Source: an uncultured delta proteobacterium
GTDB lineage: Bacteria > Desulfobacterota > Binatia > UBA9968
Assembly: GCA_963727625.1 (NCBI GenBank)
Contig: CAVSHR010000005.1
Span: forward strand, 928,001-992,000
DNA: 64,000 bases
Direction of reading: 5' to 3'
In this document: positions 59,544 to 64,000 of the stretch, piece by piece
How the letters are laid out: every line of letters begins with the position of its first letter
How positions within the stretch are numbered: position 1 is the stretch's first letter
Program-made: the position numbers and the translations under genes
Notes under the pieces: generated by a model
Database searches by the model: none
What the model was told of the DNA's origin: nothing
Seen by the model: only the letters and a program-made list of their open reading frames with translations

Positions 59544-61307
59544 ATGGAAGCTGTGGGAGCGTCTCGAACTGTATCCGTGCGACTGGCATGGATGCGCCAA
59601 CGGGTCGCGCCGAATCTATTTTTCGGCGCTGTCGTGCTCGTCTTGCTCTGGTTGATTTTGGTTCCTCTGGGGCAGTTGATTCTCAACAGCTTCCGGACCG
59701 GGCATCCCGCCGTCCCGACACCGTTCACACTGCAAAACTATATCGTCGGCTTCGCCAATCCTCTGACCTATCAGATGATTTGGAATACGCTGTACTTCGC
59801 GACGGCGGGAACCCTGCTCACCGTTTCCATAGCCGTGCTGTTTGCCTGGCTCACAGAACGAACCGACATGCCTTGGCGCAACCTGGCCTGGAGCCTGCTG
59901 TTGGTACCGTTGGCGATGCCGGGATTCTTATTCGCCATGGCCTGGATATTCCTACTGGATAATCGGATCGGCATCGTCAACATTTGGCTGCGCGCGCTCT
60001 TTGCGTCGCTTGGTTGGGACATGGCGACCGGCCCCATTAATATCTACTCGATGGGAGGCATGATTTATCTCGACGGCCTGAGGGGCGTCACCACGGTTTT
60101 TTTGCTGGTCGTCGGCGCCTTCCGGGCCATGGACCCGAATCTCGAAGAGGCGGCGCGCATCGCCGGCGCAAGAGCCTGGACGACCTTTCGTCGCATCACC
60201 ATGCCGACGCTTCTGCCCGCGATCCTCGCCGCCTTCCTGTATTCGTTTATATCCTCCATGGAGTCCTTCGAAGCTCCGCTGCTCGTGGGACTGCCCGGCG
60301 GTATTTATGTCTATAGCACCATGATCTACTTCTCTACCCGGCTCATGCCGAGCTTCGGTCTCGCGGCCGCATTTGCCGTCAGTTACTGCGTTCTCGCCAT
60401 CTTCATGGTGGTCATCTATCAGCGCGTTGCGTTGAGGCAGACCGAGCGATTCGCGACGATCACCGGCAAAGGCTATCGTCCCCGGGTCACTCGTTTGGGC
60501 CGGTTGCGTTGGCCGGCCTTCGGCCTTTTTGCCGGCTATTTTTTTCTCGCGGTGGTGCTACCGCTCTTCATTCTGATCTGGGCGGCGCTATCGCCGAATT
60601 ACAATCAACCCAATTGGGAAGGGCTCAGCGCGCTTAGTTTTGACCATTTCCGCCAGCTGTGGGACGAGCCGGGAATCTGGCAAGCGACGTGGAATACGGT
60701 GGTGATTACGCTCACGACGGCAACGGTCACCGTGCTGCTCTCCTTTTTCGTTTCATGGATCGTGGTTCGAACGCAAATCCGCGGCCGCATGCTGCTAGAC
60801 GGCCTGACCTTCCTCGCTCATTCGGTTCCCGGCATCGTCATCGCGCTCGCCTTTATCTTTGTCTATCTCCAGGAGCCGTTTCGCTCTCTCCATCTTTACG
60901 GCACAGTATGGATTGTCTCCCTCGCGCTGATTACCCAGTATATTGCCTTCACGAGCCGCACCACGAACGCCGCGATCGCCCAAATTCATAAGGAGCTCGA
61001 AGAGGCGGCGCGCATTTCCGGCGTCGGTCGCATCACGACTTTGATTCGTGTCACTCTGCCGTTGGTGCTGCCGGCTTTTGCCGCTGCCTGGATTTGGGTG
61101 GCGGCCCACGCGGTACGATCCTTTTCCGTGCCGGTCATGCTTGCCAGCGAGGGCAACTGGACGCTGTCCGTCATATTGTGGCAAATCTGGGACGATCAAA
61201 ATGCCCTGCCCCTGGCGGCCGCGCTGGGTGTGATTTTTATTCTCAGCGTCGCAGTTTTAACTTTCCTTGGACGCCGTTTAATCGTCAAGGCGTTTTCCGT
61301 AGAGTAA
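59544..61307 (+). CDS. Iron-type ABC transporter permease
   Basis: ERTDMP, two LEEAAR loops. Confidence 0.9.
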   Translation: MEAVGASRTVSVRLAWMRQRVAPNLFFGAVVLVLLWLILVPLGQLILNSFRTGHPAVPTPFTLQNYIVGFANPLTYQMIWNTLYFATAGTLLTVSIAVLFAWLTERTDMPWRNLAWSLLLVPLAMPGFLFAMAWIFLLDNRIGIVNIWLRALFASLGWDMATGPINIYSMGGMIYLDGLRGVTTVFLLVVGAFRAMDPNLEEAARIAGARAWTTFRRITMPTLLPAILAAFLYSFISSMESFEAPLLVGLPGGIYVYSTMIYFSTRLMPSFGLAAAFAVSYCVLAIFMVVIYQRVALRQTERFATITGKGYRPRVTRLGRLRWPAFGLFAGYFFLAVVLPLFILIWAALSPNYNQPNWEGLSALSFDHFRQLWDEPGIWQATWNTVVITLTTATVTVLLSFFVSWIVVRTQIRGRMLLDGLTFLAHSVPGIVIALAFIFVYLQEPFRSLHLYGTVWIVSLALITQYIAFTSRTTNAAIAQIHKELEEAARISGVGRITTLIRVTLPLVLPAFAAAWIWVAAHAVRSFSVPVMLASEGNWTLSVILWQIWDDQNALPLAAALGVIFILSVAVLTFLGRRLIVKAFSVE

Positions 61308-61313
61308 ATCACC

Positions 61314-62426
61314 ATGGATCTCAAGGTGACCGACCTTAGAAAGGCTTTTCATGCCCAAGCCGGAGAAGTCCAAGCCGTGCACGGGGTTTCGTTCGATGTT
61401 CCCAGAGGCACTTTTTTCACTTTGCTTGGGCCGAGCGGTAGCGGGAAAACAACCATTTTGCGCTGCATCGGCGGCCTGGAAATGCCGGATAGCGGCGAGA
61501 TTCGTCTGGGCGAAAAAATTTACTATTCCGATCAGCAGCGAATCGGGCTGATGCCCGAGGAGCGCGGCATCGGCATGGTGTTTCAATCCTACGCCATCTG
61601 GCCGCACATGACGGTTTTTAGCAACGTGGCTTTTCCGTTACGCTTCGGGCTAAAGCGCGTGCCCGCCGCCGAAATCACGACCCGGGTCGGACGGGTTCTC
61701 GACCTGGTTCAAATGGAGGGCTTGTCCTCACGCATGGCAACTCAGCTTTCCGGCGGCCAGCAGCAGCGGGTGGCTCTCGCCCGAGCGCTGGTTTCGGAGC
61801 CGGATTTGCTCCTGCTCGACGAACCGTTGTCTAATCTGGACGCCAAACTGCGCGAAGAGATGCGCGTGGAAATTCGCCGGATTCAGAAAACGCTCGGGCT
61901 TACGACGATCTACGTGACGCACGACCAAGCCGAGGCGCTTTCGATGTCCGATCAGATCGCGCTGTTGCGCAGCGGCAATATTGTTCAAGTCGGGGGTCCG
62001 AGAGAGCTGTACGAAAAACCCAACAACATGTTTGCGAGCGGATTCATCGGAACCAGCAACCAGCTTCCCGGAACCGTCGCCGGCCTTGTCTCACCGGGCG
62101 CGATGGGAAGCGTTTTTATTGCGGGAAAACCGCTCGCGTGCATTATCGTTGAGGGGTGCCCTCGACAAGGGCCCGTAATCGTCAGCATACGCCCGGAGGA
62201 CATCGAGGTGAGCGCTAACGGCGCGAACGAACCGGCGACCTGGAAGGGAATCGTGCGGCAGGTGGTTTATTTCGGCGACAGCATGAACTGCGAAATCGAT
62301 TTCGCGGGCACGGTGCTCCGGGCGCGACTGCACCCCTCCACCATCCTCGAGGACGGCCAGGAAGTGACGCTCAACTTCAAGGCCGGACGTTGCGTCGCCT
62401 TTCCCCAAGAATCGGCAAGCCGATAG
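61314..62426 (+). CDS. ABC transporter ATP-binding protein (PotA/FbpC-like, TOBE domain)
   Basis: GPSGSGKT, LSGGQQQR, LLLDEP, YVTHDQ. Confidence 0.93.
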   Translation: MDLKVTDLRKAFHAQAGEVQAVHGVSFDVPRGTFFTLLGPSGSGKTTILRCIGGLEMPDSGEIRLGEKIYYSDQQRIGLMPEERGIGMVFQSYAIWPHMTVFSNVAFPLRFGLKRVPAAEITTRVGRVLDLVQMEGLSSRMATQLSGGQQQRVALARALVSEPDLLLLDEPLSNLDAKLREEMRVEIRRIQKTLGLTTIYVTHDQAEALSMSDQIALLRSGNIVQVGGPRELYEKPNNMFASGFIGTSNQLPGTVAGLVSPGAMGSVFIAGKPLACIIVEGCPRQGPVIVSIRPEDIEVSANGANEPATWKGIVRQVVYFGDSMNCEIDFAGTVLRARLHPSTILEDGQEVTLNFKAGRCVAFPQESASR

Positions 62427-62456
62427 TTTCAGCGTTGCGCCGACGCCATGGCGGCA

Positions 62457-63482
62457 TTACTTTTTCGGTAACAACACTTCCCTGAGTTTTGCCACCACCG
62501 CCGGTTGTAAGTCGTAGAGACCGCCGAGTTTCTTGGCGATCGTTGGTCCGTTGATGACTTCGATTTCGAGCTTCGACTTCTTGGCTTCCGCCAGAAACTC
62601 CGGATCCTTCATCGTATCCACGAAGGCTTTTTGTAAAAGCTCAAGCCGGTCTTTGGCCATCCCGGGCGGCACTGTATAGGGGAACTGCGCCCCATGGGCG
62701 CTGTCGGCGACGTTGATGAGCTGGCGAGCGAAATCCGTCTTGGCGTAATCGACGGCCAGCGGAACTTTCTTATACTTTGGCTGGGATTGCAGACTCGCCT
62801 GGAGCACCGCGCGGATCTTTCCGCTTTGGTAAGCGTTGCGCCACACCGTTTCCACCGTCTGCCACGAACCGCAATAGCCGTCGACCTCTGCGGACTCCAC
62901 CGCGAGGCGCGCGCCCGCGCCGCCCTTGTAGCCGTCCAGGACATTAATCGGCAAATTGAGGGCGACCTTGAGAAGCTTGGGAATATCCGAGGTGCTGGTG
63001 CCGGGGCCGATGGCCGATATTTTCATCGGCCGCTTCGAGTTGATCCAGTCGTTCATGTTGGCTATGCCGCTTTTTTCATTAAACATGCACACCGTGTCGT
63101 AGGGACTCGGCACGCCGAGGTAGCCAAATTTACGACCATCGAATTTCGTTGCTTGATTGCCCATGACGTTTTGCAGCACCAATGGCGCCGCCCAGGCGCC
63201 GATGGTCAGACCGTCCGGCGCGGCCCGATTGTATAAATGATTTGCGGCGATAATCCCGCCGGCTCCGGTCATATTTTCCACGATGGTCGTCGGATTGCCC
63301 GCCACATGCTTGGAAAAATGGCGCGCGATGGTTCGGGTATAAAGATCGAAGGAGCCTCCGGCCGAATAACCGACGATGAACTTGATCGTTTTATCTTTAA
63401 AAAACTCCTGTGCTCGCGCCTGCGATAGCAAGCCAACGGCAAGTCCGAGCGCGAGCGTCAAAATGAATTTTAATTTTCGCAT
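62457..63482 (-). CDS. Bug/TctC tripartite tricarboxylate transporter substrate-binding protein
   Basis: IVGYSAGGSFD, VENMTGAGG, PDGLTI, GYKGG. Confidence 0.85.
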   Translation of the reverse strand: MRKLKFILTLALGLAVGLLSQARAQEFFKDKTIKFIVGYSAGGSFDLYTRTIARHFSKHVAGNPTTIVENMTGAGGIIAANHLYNRAAPDGLTIGAWAAPLVLQNVMGNQATKFDGRKFGYLGVPSPYDTVCMFNEKSGIANMNDWINSKRPMKISAIGPGTSTSDIPKLLKVALNLPINVLDGYKGGAGARLAVESAEVDGYCGSWQTVETVWRNAYQSGKIRAVLQASLQSQPKYKKVPLAVDYAKTDFARQLINVADSAHGAQFPYTVPPGMAKDRLELLQKAFVDTMKDPEFLAEAKKSKLEIEVINGPTIAKKLGGLYDLQPAVVAKLREVLLPKK

Positions 63483-63528
63483 CCTGTCAACTCCATTTCT
63501 TGCGCGTTTGTGGCTGCTGGCCTGATTT

Positions 63529-64000
63529 TTATCCGCGACCGACAAAAGGATTCGTCTTCTTTTCCGTCCGCTCCAAATACCTCACAAAGGTGTATTTATT
63601 TTCCGCGAGATCGGTGTTGGGCCGGGGAATCTCCCGGTGCAGCAAACTCTCTTCGACCTTGCAAACCAAGAAGGCGAGTTCATTTTGCGACAGCGCCTCG
63701 ATCCCCTTGTTTTTGAAGTCGTTGATTTCGCGGATTGTATGCGCGTTGACGATTCCCGCGCCGTGCGCCATCGCGACCAAATCCGTATTTCCCGCTGTGG
63801 CCGTCGGGTAGCTGATCCGGCTGCCGCTGTAGACGCCGTTGTCAAAGACATAAACGACCAAATTCTTCGGTCGCAAATTGCCCAGCGTCGCGAGATTGAA
63901 GAGCGAGAGCAACACACTGCCGTCGGAATCCAGCGCGATCACTTTGCGGTGCGGCAAAGCCAAGGCCAATCCCGTCGCCACACCGATGGCACAGCCCATC
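63529..64000 (-). CDS. TPP-binding protein (sulfopyruvate/phosphonopyruvate decarboxylase beta-like), partial
   Basis: MG.A.....GLALA.P.RKVIALDSDGS.L...FDNG motif; start lies beyond the window. Confidence 0.8.
   Translation of the reverse strand, partial: MGCAIGVATGLALALPHRKVIALDSDGSVLLSLFNLATLGNLRPKNLVVYVFDNGVYSGSRISYPTATAGNTDLVAMAHGAGIVNAHTIREINDFKNKGIEALSQNELAFLVCKVEESLLHREIPRPNTDLAENKYTFVRYLERTEKKTNPFVGRG

Overview
GC-rich bacterial chromosomal window. The gene content (many Fe3+-type and NMT1-type ABC binding proteins, paralogous Rieske oxygenases, TctC, MmgE/PrpD) resembles Candidatus Binatia/Deltaproteobacteria-type genomes; this is an inference. The flanks are metabolic: ABC transporters, rnd, an RRM protein, two tandem rpoZ paralogs, zwf, alpha-amylase, a nitrosocyanin-like cupredoxin with a diheme cytochrome c, and an aromatic ring-hydroxylation/cleavage cluster. 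The centre is a ~17.8-kb island (25720-43492) bracketed by a ~2.9-kb direct duplication (VOC gene, truncated aminotransferase, amidase). The island carries a LysR gene divergent from an apparently Sec-exported two-gene RHS system: a 1371-aa Ig/IPT-TIG protein with one orphan YD hairpin, then a 1759-aa Kelch-Ig-RHS toxin followed by membrane immunity-like genes. It also holds a RAYT (HUH) transposase, a DHOR gene and an IS21/IS1182 chimera. The GGGGTCAGGTCTTG motif upstream of that RAYT has been hit twice: by a 138-bp MITE sharing ends with the IS1182 element at 44.5-46.3 kb, and by an IS110 element whose candidate bridge RNA, with target and donor guides, TC core and circle-junction promoter, can be read directly from the sequence. 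No CRISPR array, rRNA or tRNA was seen. All family assignments come from motif recognition, not database searches.
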